Assembly: GCA_036628575.1 (NCBI GenBank)
Contig: JAZKRQ010000001.1
Span: 1-58,521, forward strand
Source of the DNA: Halapricum sp.
GTDB lineage: Archaea; Halobacteriota; Halobacteria; Halobacteriales; Haloarculaceae
Reading direction: 5' to 3'
DNA length: 58,521 bases
The notes beneath the pieces are model-generated. The model was given only the letters and a program-made list of their open reading frames with translations, was not told where the DNA came from and searched no databases. A program made the position numbers and the translations under genes. Of the stretch, positions 9,918 to 19,746 are shown in pieces (within the stretch, counting starts at the first letter, position 1; each line of letters begins with the position of its first letter).

Positions 9918-10814
9918 CTAGTTCCCCTTCATGCCGCCGCTAGCTAAGCCTTCGACGACCCACTTCTGGGCGACGGCGAACAACAGAATGACGGGAGCCA
10001 TCGTGATGACCGCCGCGGCGATCAGCAGGTTCCACGCGACGGTGTTCTGCGCCTGGAACAGTTGCAACCCGAACGGTAACGTCCGGGTCGCGGCGGTCTG
10101 AGAGAGCATTGATACCAGCAGGTAATCGTTCCACGACAAAATAAACGTGTAGAAGCCAGCAACGGCGATCCCCGGCATCGCCAGCGGGACGATGACCCGT
10201 CGCAAGATACTCAGGTGCGAACAGCCGTCCATCTTCGCGGCCTCGTCGAGCGAATCGGGGATGTCGTCGATGTAGCCCTTCAGCAGCCACGTGCCGAGAG
10301 GGATACCGATCACAGCGTGTGCAACGACGATCCCGAGCAGTGAATCGACGAGGTCCAGCGAGTTCATCAGGAGGTAAAACGGAATCAAGATGAGGACGAG
10401 CGGGAGCATCTGCGTTGAGAGGAACGCGTACAGCAGCCCACCGCGTCCTGGATAGTCGAAGCGACTCATCGAGTACCCAGCCAGGACCCCGACAGTCAAT
10501 ACCAGCAGCGTCGTCGCGGTGGCTACGATCATCGAGTTCTTGAAGTACGTCCGGAAGTCCCCGCGTGAGAGGACCGTCTCGTAGTTGTACAGCGTCAGAT
10601 CACCGAGCGAGGGGAGCAGATCCGACGAGAAGAGGAATTCCTGGCTGGTGAACGAGACGAGAACCATATAGACGACCGGAAGCAGCAGGAACGCGAAGTA
10701 CAGGCCTAACAAGAGATACACGGCCAGGGCACGGCGCGGCGACATGTCCTCGTCTAACCACGCGTCGATTCGCTGGGAGAGATTGCGGTCTTCGGAATCT
10801 GTGCTGGTTGCCAT
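9918..10814 (-). CDS. Carbohydrate ABC transporter permease (MalG-like)
   Basis: EAAKMDG loop, FILSWNDY, multiple TM segments. Confidence 0.92.
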   Translation of the reverse strand: MATSTDSEDRNLSQRIDAWLDEDMSPRRALAVYLLLGLYFAFLLLPVVYMVLVSFTSQEFLFSSDLLPSLGDLTLYNYETVLSRGDFRTYFKNSMIVATATTLLVLTVGVLAGYSMSRFDYPGRGGLLYAFLSTQMLPLVLILIPFYLLMNSLDLVDSLLGIVVAHAVIGIPLGTWLLKGYIDDIPDSLDEAAKMDGCSHLSILRRVIVPLAMPGIAVAGFYTFILSWNDYLLVSMLSQTAATRTLPFGLQLFQAQNTVAWNLLIAAAVITMAPVILLFAVAQKWVVEGLASGGMKGN

Positions 10815-10815
10815 G

Positions 10816-11730
10816 TTAATCGACCTCCTCAAGTTTGACGTAGACGACCGTGAACGTGAGCATGAGGATCAACATCACGGCACCGATGCTGGCACCGTAC
10901 CCGAGCGCGTATTGCTCGAAGGCCTGCTTGTAGACGTAGGTGGCCAGCACCTCGGTGTTCCCCAGCGGTCCGCCGCCGGTCGAGAGGTAGACGATGTCGA
11001 AGTTCTTGAACGTGAACGTGACGTGCAGCACGATCATGATCATCGACACGTAGGAGATCTGGGGCAGCGTGATGTACCGAAACCGTTCGAGCGGGCCGGC
11101 ACCATCCAGTCGTGCGGCCTCGTACTGTTCTTTCGGGATGGATTGCATCGCCGCGAGCAATGAGATCGCGTAGAACGGGACGTTCCGCCAGACGTGCATC
11201 ACGACGATCAGCGGAAACGCAACGCCCGGTTCGCCGAACCAGTACGTCGTGCGCATCCCGAGGTTTTTGAGGATGATATTGACCGGGCCGAACCCGTTCT
11301 GGACCATAAAGCGGAAAATGATGACCATCACGATGATCGGCATCACCCAGGTAACCATAGAGAGGCTCCGGAAAATCCCGGCCCCGGGGACCTTCTCTTT
11401 CAGCGCCAGCGCGAGGCCGAGTCCCAGAAGGTACTGGAACGAGACGGCCAGCGCGGTCAGCAGGACCGTATGCCATAGCGCAGTTTTGAATATCGGATCA
11501 CCGGCGAGAGCGGCGAAGTTCTCCAGACCGACGAACTCCATCTGCTCCGGATTCAGCAACGATGCTTCGAAAAAAGCCAGGTAGAGCCCACGGAGCGTGG
11601 GATAGCCGATGATGACAGCGAGGATGATAGTCGCCGGAATGACGAAGGCGTAACCGAGCCACGTGTCTGAGAAAAACGACGAGAACTCCTCCCTGTATCG
11701 GCTGAAACTCGATTCTGTCTGCGTTGCCAT
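10816..11730 (-). CDS. Carbohydrate ABC transporter permease (MalF-like)
   Basis: FVGLENF, EAARLDGA, TGGGP. Confidence 0.92.
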   Translation of the reverse strand: MATQTESSFSRYREEFSSFFSDTWLGYAFVIPATIILAVIIGYPTLRGLYLAFFEASLLNPEQMEFVGLENFAALAGDPIFKTALWHTVLLTALAVSFQYLLGLGLALALKEKVPGAGIFRSLSMVTWVMPIIVMVIIFRFMVQNGFGPVNIILKNLGMRTTYWFGEPGVAFPLIVVMHVWRNVPFYAISLLAAMQSIPKEQYEAARLDGAGPLERFRYITLPQISYVSMIMIVLHVTFTFKNFDIVYLSTGGGPLGNTEVLATYVYKQAFEQYALGYGASIGAVMLILMLTFTVVYVKLEEVD

Positions 11731-11740
11731 ATGAGAGAGA

Positions 11741-13135
11741 TTAGATTTCGCTTTCGAGGTCCTTCAGGGCCGAATGGAACTGTTCGCCGGCGTTGTACGG
11801 GTCGGTCTGTCCGTAGGCGACTTCCTGCATGTGCGTGTAGAACTCCTCGCGAACCGGTCCCCAGGTCGCCTTCGCGAGTGCCCGGCCGGTAGTGAAGATC
11901 TCGGTGAGCGGTTGCCAGTTTTCGTTTTCGATCGTCGATTCCACGTCCTCGTGGACCGGCGTCATCGCCTTCCCCGCCGCTTCAGGATCCTGGGCCATCC
12001 CTTCGCTGAGCGTCTCCGGGTCGGAATAGGCCGCGACGGCCATCTTCGCTTTCTCGATCTGATCGGAATGGGTGTTGACCATGACCGGCTTGACCTCGAG
12101 GAACGTCCCCTTCGACGCACCCTCAGCGCGCGGGGGGTGAGCGATCTGGGTCTTGTTGTCCAAGATATCCGTGGCAGCATCAGTGTTCTGGATGTTCTCG
12201 CCGCTCGTCCAGTTTCGCATCCAGGTGCCGCTCTCGATGAACGCGTAGTTCCCGTTGATGTAGCCCGGATCGTTCGTCTGCCAGCCAGTTCCCAGATCGT
12301 CCGGATCGCCGACAGGGTTGTCTGCCGCGTAGATCTGGTAGTACCAGTTGTCGAAGACCTGCCCCAGCGCGTCGGCGTCGATATTGAGTTGCCAGCTGTC
12401 GCCGTCCGGGACGTACAGTTGGTCGGTGTGCTGGTAGACGTGCGTCATCCATTCCTGGAACGCCCGGACGCTGCCGTCTTTCGTGCAGTTATGGAATCCG
12501 GTGATATCGTCGTACTCGTCGTTGATCATCCGGCCGATCTCGTGGAACGCCTCGGCCGACTCCGGGACGTCCTGACCGAGTTCGTCGAGGATGTCCTGCC
12601 GGACGAAAAACGCCCTGGCGTTGCCTTCGTAGGGCAGCCCGTACAGTGTCTCCTGGTAGGTCATCGCTTCGATGGTACTGTCGATGTACCCGTCGAAGTG
12701 TTCAAGCGACTCGGCGTAATCGTCGAGTGGTTCGAGATGGCCCGCAGCGATATACTCAGACAGGTGGCTGAGCGTGCCCTCAATCGCGTCGGGCTCGCCG
12801 GTGGTTGCTCCCGTGAGGAACTTCTGCCGGAGGTCCTCGTAAGAGTAGCGGCTGATCTGGATATCCTGACCTGCGCGGTCGCGGTAGTTCGTCTCGAATT
12901 CGTTCCGCCAGACCGGCTCCGCACTCTCTGTGTTCGGGAAGCCGTACTCCCACATCAACGCCTGTTCACCGCCGCCGTTGCCATTACCGTTGCCATTACC
13001 GTTGCCGTTGCCGTTGCCATTACCGTTGCCGTTGCCGCCGTCGCCGCCACAGCCTGCAAGGCCTGCAGCGGCGCCGACGCCCATGATTTTGAGGAGCGAT
13101 CGCCTGCTGTGTATGCTGGTATTTGAGTCTGGCAT
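11741..13135 (-). CDS. Sugar-binding lipoprotein of ABC transporter (Tat-exported)
   Basis: SRRSLLK twin-arginine motif, LAGC lipobox, (NG)10 linker, LYGLP. Confidence 0.9.
   Translation of the reverse strand: MPDSNTSIHSRRSLLKIMGVGAAAGLAGCGGDGGNGNGNGNGNGNGNGNGNGNGGGEQALMWEYGFPNTESAEPVWRNEFETNYRDRAGQDIQISRYSYEDLRQKFLTGATTGEPDAIEGTLSHLSEYIAAGHLEPLDDYAESLEHFDGYIDSTIEAMTYQETLYGLPYEGNARAFFVRQDILDELGQDVPESAEAFHEIGRMINDEYDDITGFHNCTKDGSVRAFQEWMTHVYQHTDQLYVPDGDSWQLNIDADALGQVFDNWYYQIYAADNPVGDPDDLGTGWQTNDPGYINGNYAFIESGTWMRNWTSGENIQNTDAATDILDNKTQIAHPPRAEGASKGTFLEVKPVMVNTHSDQIEKAKMAVAAYSDPETLSEGMAQDPEAAGKAMTPVHEDVESTIENENWQPLTEIFTTGRALAKATWGPVREEFYTHMQEVAYGQTDPYNAGEQFHSALKDLESEI
12975..13034 (-). repeat. 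Coding hexamer repeat encoding the (Asn-Gly)10 linker
   Basis: Ten ccgttg/ccatta units. Confidence 0.9.
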
Positions 13136-13220
13136 AGTCAATACCTACTGGGGCCATGAATCCCCTACTATTTATAATTTTCCTAAATCTCTATCAGGAT
13201 ATTCCACAGAGCGGGCGCGC

Positions 13221-14402
13221 TCACTCGGCACCGATGGCGTTACTGCTGGGGCCATCGAGGCCGATCAGCGATTCGATTTCGGCTTCCTCGGGCGGGGCGC
13301 GGTTCCGGAGCGCTTCACCTGTTGTCCCGTCGAAGATGTGGATCCGATCCTTCGGGAATCGGACTGTCAACGTGCGACCGGGATCGACGACAAAGTCCCC
13401 CTCCAGGGTCGCCGTGTACTGCTGGCCGCCGATGTCCAAGTACACGTAGGTGACTTCCCCGAGAGGCTCGGTGACCTCGACCGTCGTGGTGACAGCATTG
13501 CGTTCCTCCGCTGCGACAAGCTCGATGTCTTCGGGTCGGATCCCGAGGGTGAACCGGTCACCGTGTGCCTCGATGTCGGCATAGGTTTCCTCGTCGAGTT
13601 CGTAAGTGAATCCCTCGTGGGTGAATCTGACGACGTCACCGGTTGCATCCAGTTCGACGTCGAAGAAGTTCATCGAAGGCGAGCCGATGAACCCGGCGAC
13701 GAACTCGTTCGCCGGTTCATGATAACACTCCAGCGGCGTGCCGATCTGCTGGAGCTGTCCGTCGTTGAGGACAGCGATCCGGTCACTCATCGTCATCGCC
13801 TCGGTCTGGTCGTGGGTGACGTACAGCGTCGTCACGCCGAGATCCTGCTGGAGCGCCTGCAGCTCGGTCCGCATCTGCGTGCGCAGCTTCGCGTCGAGGT
13901 TCGAGAGCGGCTCGTCCATAAGGAACACTTCGGGTTCGCGGACGATCGCCCGTCCCAGCGCGACTCGCTGTTGTTGCCCGCCGGAGAGTTCGTCAGGCTT
14001 CTTGTCCAGTAACTCCGAGATACCCAGCATCTCGGCGGTTTCTGTGACCCGAGATTTGATCTCCTCCTTCGGGAGATCCGTCGCCATCTTCAACCCGAAG
14101 GCCATGTTCTCCCGGGAGGTCATATGAGGATACAGCGCGTAGCTCTGGAACACCATCGCCATATTGCGGTTCTTCGGTTTCTTATCGGTCACAACGTCGC
14201 CGTCAAGGACGATATCGCCACTTGTCGGGTTCTCCAGGCCCGCCACACACCGAAGCGTCGTCGACTTCCCACAGCCGGATGGGCCGACCAGAACGATCAA
14301 TTCGCCGTCCTCGATCTCGACATCAAAGTCGTCGACAGCGACGATATCACCGCTATCGTCATGGAATACTTTAGTGAGGTTCCGTATTTCGAGGTCTCCC
14401 AT
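13221..14402 (-). CDS. Sugar ABC transporter ATPase (MalK-like)
   Basis: GPSGCGKST, LSGGQQQRVALGR, DEPLSNLD, C-terminal TOBE region. Confidence 0.95.
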   Translation of the reverse strand: MGDLEIRNLTKVFHDDSGDIVAVDDFDVEIEDGELIVLVGPSGCGKSTTLRCVAGLENPTSGDIVLDGDVVTDKKPKNRNMAMVFQSYALYPHMTSRENMAFGLKMATDLPKEEIKSRVTETAEMLGISELLDKKPDELSGGQQQRVALGRAIVREPEVFLMDEPLSNLDAKLRTQMRTELQALQQDLGVTTLYVTHDQTEAMTMSDRIAVLNDGQLQQIGTPLECYHEPANEFVAGFIGSPSMNFFDVELDATGDVVRFTHEGFTYELDEETYADIEAHGDRFTLGIRPEDIELVAAEERNAVTTTVEVTEPLGEVTYVYLDIGGQQYTATLEGDFVVDPGRTLTVRFPKDRIHIFDGTTGEALRNRAPPEEAEIESLIGLDGPSSNAIGAE

Positions 14403-14510
14403 GAGTGGATACTCTAAATACTACTACTTAAAATCTCACTATTTATTAGCGATGGATAGGTTCGAGTTTTATGGGACAGGTATATATGTGGTGGTTTTGC
14501 ATTTAGGTGT

Positions 14511-15692
14511 ATGTTCGCAACAGGCGACGGTGAGCTAGCAGCGACGCCGCCGATGGGCTGGAACTCCTGGAACGCGTTTAGCTGTGACGTGACCGAGGAA
14601 GACATACGCGACGCGGCCGACATGCTCGTCGAGACCGGGATGCGAGATGCCGGCTACGAGTTTCTCGTGGTAGACGACTGCTGGATGGCCGAGGTGCTAG
14701 ACGACGAGGGGCGCCTCCAGCCACATCCCGGGGACTTCCCGAGCGGGATCGAGGCGCTGGCCGAGTACGTCCACGACCAGGGCCTCAAGTTCGGGATCTA
14801 CTCCTCGGCCGGAAGCAAGACCTGCCAGGGACTCCCGGCGAGTCTCGGGCGTGAGCACACACACGCCCAGCAGTTCGCGGACTGGGGCGTCGATTATCTG
14901 AAGTACGACAACTGCGGCGACCACGAGGGCAACGACGCGATTACACGCTACAGCGCGATGGGGAAAGCGCTCGCAGAAGCCGATCGTGACATCGTCTACA
15001 GTATCTGCGAGTGGGGGCAGAACGAACCGTGGCTCTGGGGTCGCAACGCCGGTGGCCACCTCTGGCGGTCCACGTTCGACATCGTCGCGAAGTGGTCGGC
15101 CGACCGGTTCGAGTTCGGTCTCGGAATCGTCGACATCATCGACCGCATGGACGAACGAGACATCGCGCCCTACCACGGGCCGGGCGGCTGGAACGACCCG
15201 GACATGCTACAGATCGGGAACGGACCCGACTCTGGACAGTCCGAACTGGAGGACGTCGAGATCGAGCGCGGGTTGACTGAAGCCGAGGAACGGACGCACT
15301 TCAGCTTCTGGTGTCTGTTCGGCGCGCCGCTGATGGCCGGCAACGACCTCTCGGAGATGGACGACCGAACGCGGGCGCTGCTGACCAACGACGAGGCGAT
15401 CGCGATCGACCAGGACCCGCTGGGCGTCCAGGGGACGCGAGACGGCGTTCTCGGGGACGGAGAGGTGTGGAGCAAGCGTCTCGCGGGCGACGAGGGTGCG
15501 GTGATCCTGTTCAACCGCGGTGAGGCGCCGACCACGATCGAGACGACCGTCTCGACGGTCGACGTGCCGGTCGATGCCGAAACGTACACCGTCCGCGACG
15601 TGTGGAACGACGAGGAATGGCAGACCGACGGCTCGCTGCACGCAACCGTCGATCCCCACGATATCGCGATGTTCCGTGTGATTCCAGAGTAA
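14511..15692 (+). CDS. Alpha-galactosidase, GH27
   Basis: TPPMGWNSW, VVDDCW, DYLKYDNC, GGWNDPDML; no signal peptide. Confidence 0.93.
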   Translation: MFATGDGELAATPPMGWNSWNAFSCDVTEEDIRDAADMLVETGMRDAGYEFLVVDDCWMAEVLDDEGRLQPHPGDFPSGIEALAEYVHDQGLKFGIYSSAGSKTCQGLPASLGREHTHAQQFADWGVDYLKYDNCGDHEGNDAITRYSAMGKALAEADRDIVYSICEWGQNEPWLWGRNAGGHLWRSTFDIVAKWSADRFEFGLGIVDIIDRMDERDIAPYHGPGGWNDPDMLQIGNGPDSGQSELEDVEIERGLTEAEERTHFSFWCLFGAPLMAGNDLSEMDDRTRALLTNDEAIAIDQDPLGVQGTRDGVLGDGEVWSKRLAGDEGAVILFNRGEAPTTIETTVSTVDVPVDAETYTVRDVWNDEEWQTDGSLHATVDPHDIAMFRVIPE

Positions 15693-15785
15693 CGACCCAG
15701 TCGTGTCACCAGCCCCTGGACCAGTGTTAGCGATATACACATCTATTGGAAAATATTTATTATGGTTGGTTCATCAATCATACGT

Positions 15786-17138
15786 ATGCCGACCGTTACG
15801 TTCATCGGAGCCGGAAGTATGGTGTTCGCGACGAACCTCGTCGGGGACATTCTCTCTTACGATGCCCTATCCGACAGCGATATCAAACTGATGGATATCG
15901 ACGAACATCGACTAGAACAGACGCGGAAAGTCGCCGATGCGATGGTCGAAAACGAGGGGCTTGACGCGACGGTCGAAGCGACGACCGATCGACGAAAGGC
16001 CCTCGATGGCGCGGACTACGTGCTCAACATGATCAACGTCGGCGGGACCGAACCGTTCGAAAACGAGATCGAGATTCCGGAGAAGTACGGAGTCAAGCAG
16101 GCGATCGGCGACACAACGGGTCCGGGCGGCGTGTTCCGAGGGTTACGGACGATACCCACAATGCTCGATATCGCCGAGGACATGGAAGAACTGTGTCCCG
16201 ACGCGCTGTTGCTCAACTATACTAATCCGATGTCGATAGTCTGTAAGGCCGTCGCCGACGCGACAGACGTCGACGTCGTGGGTCTCTGTCACTCGGTTCC
16301 CCACACGGCCGAAGCGATCGCCGAATACGTCGACGTCCCCACGGACGAACTGGATTACTGGGTCGCGGGGATCAACCACATGGCGTTCTTCCTGGAAGTC
16401 GAACACGACGGCGAGTCGGTGTATCCGGCGCTCCGCGAGGCCTACCACGACGAGGAGACTTACCGGAAGGACACGGTCCGGTTCGAAATGATGCGCCACT
16501 TCGGACTGTTCCCGACGGAGTCCAGCCATCACATGAGCGAGTACGTCCCGTACTACCGGACAGACGAGGACGTGATCGAGGAAATGACGGGCACGAACTA
16601 CGCCGAACGGATGCCGACGGCGACGTACCTGAACGGCTGGAAAGAGCGCTCCGAGGAGCGCGACAGCCCCGAACTCGACGTCGACCTCTCGACGGTCGGG
16701 ATCGAGCGCTCCGAGGAGTACGCCGCGCGGCTCATCCACTCCCTGGAGACCGACACGCCGCGCCGGTTCAATCTCAATGTGCCCAACCGCGAGAACGCTA
16801 TCGAGAACCTACCGCACGACGCCTGCGTCGAGGTGCCGGTGTTCGCCGACGGAGCGGGAATCCATCCGTGCTCGGTCGGTGACCTCCCACCACAGATCGC
16901 CGCGCTCGACCAGCAGCACACGGCCGTGTACGAACTCGCTGTACAAGGGGCCCTGGAGGGAAACCGCGAGAAGGTCCACCAGGCGGTCAAGCTCGACCCG
17001 CTGACCTCGGCGGCCTGTACGCTCGAGGAGATCCACGAGATGACCGAAGAGCTGATCGAGGCCAACGAGGAGTACCTGCCCACGCTGGAGTTCCCTGACG
17101 AGACGCGAGCGACTGTGCCGACAGCTGCCGACGACTGA
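15786..17138 (+). CDS. melA: NAD-dependent alpha-galactosidase, GH4
   Basis: FIGAGS, GDTTGPGG, NYTNPM, GLCHS, AGINHM, TESSHH. Confidence 0.9.
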   Translation: MPTVTFIGAGSMVFATNLVGDILSYDALSDSDIKLMDIDEHRLEQTRKVADAMVENEGLDATVEATTDRRKALDGADYVLNMINVGGTEPFENEIEIPEKYGVKQAIGDTTGPGGVFRGLRTIPTMLDIAEDMEELCPDALLLNYTNPMSIVCKAVADATDVDVVGLCHSVPHTAEAIAEYVDVPTDELDYWVAGINHMAFFLEVEHDGESVYPALREAYHDEETYRKDTVRFEMMRHFGLFPTESSHHMSEYVPYYRTDEDVIEEMTGTNYAERMPTATYLNGWKERSEERDSPELDVDLSTVGIERSEEYAARLIHSLETDTPRRFNLNVPNRENAIENLPHDACVEVPVFADGAGIHPCSVGDLPPQIAALDQQHTAVYELAVQGALEGNREKVHQAVKLDPLTSAACTLEEIHEMTEELIEANEEYLPTLEFPDETRATVPTAADD

Positions 17139-17222
17139 TAATGGCGGGCGGAATAGCTGTCACCTGGACTGTCAATCCGGAAGCGTGTATGACTGTCGCC
17201 ACGGGAAACGGCCCGCACACTT

Positions 17223-17239
17223 ATTCATGTATTATGAAC
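17223..17239. promoter_or_regulatory. Candidate operator upstream of IclR-1
   Basis: attca-tgtatta-tgaac. Confidence 0.5.
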
Positions 17240-17338
17240 AAATGCAATGGCACCGCTGACGGCCGGAACCGGAACCACCCGAGGGGCATCCATGACAAAC
17301 GAAAGCGGTGGGGAGGTGAGGTAACTAGCGACAATATC

Positions 17339-17355
17339 GTTCATACAACGTGAAC
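17339..17355. promoter_or_regulatory. Candidate operator upstream of IclR-1
   Basis: Perfect arms gttca-tacaacg-tgaac, about 30 nt before the ATG. Confidence 0.55.
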
Positions 17356-17386
17356 AACTATGACACTGGAGCCGTATAGACGGGAT

Positions 17387-18166
17387 ATGAACGCATCAAG
17401 CATCCCGGCGGCGGACGAGTTTGAGCGTCAGACCGCCAAGACCACGATCACGACGTTTCGAATCATCGAGGCGCTGAAACAGGAATCGCCGGCACGGGTG
17501 AGTGACCTAGCAGCGGAGCTGGATCTGGCCAAAGGGACCGTCCACAAGCATCTCACGACGTTGAAGAAGGTAAACTACGTCGTCCAGGAAGGCGATCGGT
17601 ACCGGTTGAGTCTGCGATTCATGGGGCTCGGGACGGGTGTGCGAGCCAGTCTGGACATCTACCAGATCGCGTACGAGCCCCTGGAAAAACTCGCGGCGGC
17701 AACCGGTGAGGTCGCGAGCATCATGATCCCGGAACACGGCTACGGCGTCTACGCCGTCAGGGTGAGCGACGAAGGGAGACCCGACGCCGATATCCGGGAG
17801 GGCGAGAGCGTTCCGCTGACGGCGACCGCGGGCGGAAAGGCGATTCTCTCGTATATGGAGACAGACGTTCGCGATCGAATTATCGAACACCACGGACTCC
17901 CCGAATTGACGGACAACACCATCACCGATCCGGACGAATTCAGAGCGGAACTACAGCGTGTCCGGGGCAAACGGCTTGCGTTCGACAGAGCTGAGTACCG
18001 ACCGGATCAACACTGCGTCGCAGCTCCTTTGACCGACTTCGGAGGGGACGTCGTCGGCGCGGTGACCGTATCGGGCCCGGCCGAGAGAATGGCTGAGAAG
18101 TCGACGGACGCCGACTTCGCGAGCCTCGTCGGAAGTACAGCAGATTCCATCCAGAGCCGACTGTAA
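17387..18166 (+). CDS. IclR-family transcriptional regulator (IclR-1)
   Basis: HTH LAKGTVHKHLTTL, TAGGKAIL, TDNTIT, AVTVSGP; alternative start 17360. Confidence 0.92.
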   Translation: MNASSIPAADEFERQTAKTTITTFRIIEALKQESPARVSDLAAELDLAKGTVHKHLTTLKKVNYVVQEGDRYRLSLRFMGLGTGVRASLDIYQIAYEPLEKLAAATGEVASIMIPEHGYGVYAVRVSDEGRPDADIREGESVPLTATAGGKAILSYMETDVRDRIIEHHGLPELTDNTITDPDEFRAELQRVRGKRLAFDRAEYRPDQHCVAAPLTDFGGDVVGAVTVSGPAERMAEKSTDADFASLVGSTADSIQSRL

Positions 18167-18216
18167 GTCGAAGTTTCGAGGACTACATACAAGTTCCTCC
18201 ACGTCAACCACAGGAT

Positions 18217-19554
18217 ATGAACGCCGAGGAAACCCCACCGAACGTCGTCGTGGTCCTGACGGATCAACAGCGGTGGGACACGCTGGGGGCCTACGAGAAC
18301 CCGATGGGGTTGACCCCGACACTTGACGAACTGGCTCAGCACGGTACGACGGTCGAGCGAGCGATTTCGCCCCAGCCACTGTGTGGTCCCTTCCGGGCCG
18401 CGTTCCAGACCGGCAAATACGCCACGGAAACCGGTGTCTGGAAGAGCGCGATCCCACTCGATGATGACGAACGAACGCTCGCACACCAGTTCAAGTCTGC
18501 GGGGTACGATGTCGGGTACGTCGGGAACTGGCACCTCGCGAGTACCTTCGACGATCCAGTCCCGCCGGAACAGCGCGGCGGGTACGACGACTTCTGGATC
18601 GCCGCAGACGTGCCGGAGTTCACGACACGTCCCCAGGAAGGAGAGTTGTTCGACGCCGCAGAGGAACCGGTGACCTTCGATCAGTACCGCGCCGACGCGT
18701 TTACCGAGTTCGCTATCGACGGAATCGACGCACTCTCCGAGCCGTTCTTCCTCGTCGTCGGCTACCTGGAACCCCACGATCAGAACGACATGTGGACGTT
18801 CGTCGCCCCCGAGGGATACGCCGAACGCCACGAAAAGGACCCCTATGTCCCCGGGGACCTCAAGGACCGGCCTGGCGAGTGGCACCGTGAATTACCAGCT
18901 TACTACGGGATCGTGCAGCGTCTCGACGAATGCGTCGCTGATATCCTGGACGCGCTGTCGGCCCGAGGGGCCCGCGAGCGGACGCTACTGGCGTACACCG
19001 CCGACCACGGCTGTCACTTCCGGACGCGACCGGGCGAGCACAAACGAAGCCCGCACGAGTCGGCGATCCGAGTACCCGCGATCCTCTCGGGGCCGGGCTT
19101 CGAGAACGGACGGGATATCCAGAGCGTGCGGAGCGTGCTCGACCTGCCGCCGACGCTGCTCGACGCTGCCGGAATCGACGTACCGGAGGCCATGCATGGG
19201 GAGAGCCTGCTCCCAATCGTTCACGGCGACGTATCCGACGAGAACGGAGAGGCGTTCGTCCAGATCAGCGAGTCCCAGGTCGGCCGCGCACTCCGGACCG
19301 ATCGGTGGAAATACGCCGTCGCCGCGCCGTCGATGACCGGGTGGCGCGGCGGGAGCGGGGAACCGTCGAGTGACCTTTACGTCGAGCGGTATCTCTACGA
19401 CCTGTGGCGCGATCCCGACGAGACCGTCAACCTCGTCGGGCACCCCGACTACCGGGATGTCGCGTCCGAACTGCGAGAGCGGCTGCATTCGTACATCGCT
19501 GACGTCGAGGACGAGCAACCGGATATCAGACCGTTCGATATGGGATATCCGTGA
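18217..19554 (+). CDS. Cys-type (formylglycine-dependent) sulfatase
   Basis: PNVVVVLTDQQR, CGPFR (CxPxR), YTADHG, LYDL..DP.E; no signal peptide. Confidence 0.88.
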   Translation: MNAEETPPNVVVVLTDQQRWDTLGAYENPMGLTPTLDELAQHGTTVERAISPQPLCGPFRAAFQTGKYATETGVWKSAIPLDDDERTLAHQFKSAGYDVGYVGNWHLASTFDDPVPPEQRGGYDDFWIAADVPEFTTRPQEGELFDAAEEPVTFDQYRADAFTEFAIDGIDALSEPFFLVVGYLEPHDQNDMWTFVAPEGYAERHEKDPYVPGDLKDRPGEWHRELPAYYGIVQRLDECVADILDALSARGARERTLLAYTADHGCHFRTRPGEHKRSPHESAIRVPAILSGPGFENGRDIQSVRSVLDLPPTLLDAAGIDVPEAMHGESLLPIVHGDVSDENGEAFVQISESQVGRALRTDRWKYAVAAPSMTGWRGGSGEPSSDLYVERYLYDLWRDPDETVNLVGHPDYRDVASELRERLHSYIADVEDEQPDIRPFDMGYP

Positions 19555-19746
19555 CGTCGACGCGTCCGCCTCGTATCCGCTTCGGTAATCGCCCGACCGG
19601 GGGCGAGACTGGATTACACCCATACAGTTGTAATGGATCCTGAAGTCCCCGTCTAATAATACGGGAGTTCAAACAGCTGGAGTCTCGAGTGCCAAATGCG
19701 ACTCGTCAATGGTCCGCTCGTCGTTGAGCCCGTGTTTCTTCAGTAA

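Noticed and set aside
12975-13034. Hexamer repeat as a CRISPR or contingency locus
   Set aside because: In-frame Asn-Gly linker with synonymous variation, usual in haloarchaeal lipoproteins
11774-13126. Long antisense ORFs (also 25628-26782, 30334-31899, 48249-50201, 51745-53361)
   Set aside because: Shadow frames of well-supported genes, expected with high-GC acidic codon bias; no motifs
19641-19671. Imperfect hairpin between the convergent sulfatase and GH2 genes
   Set aside because: Mismatched stem and no T-tract; not supportable as a terminator
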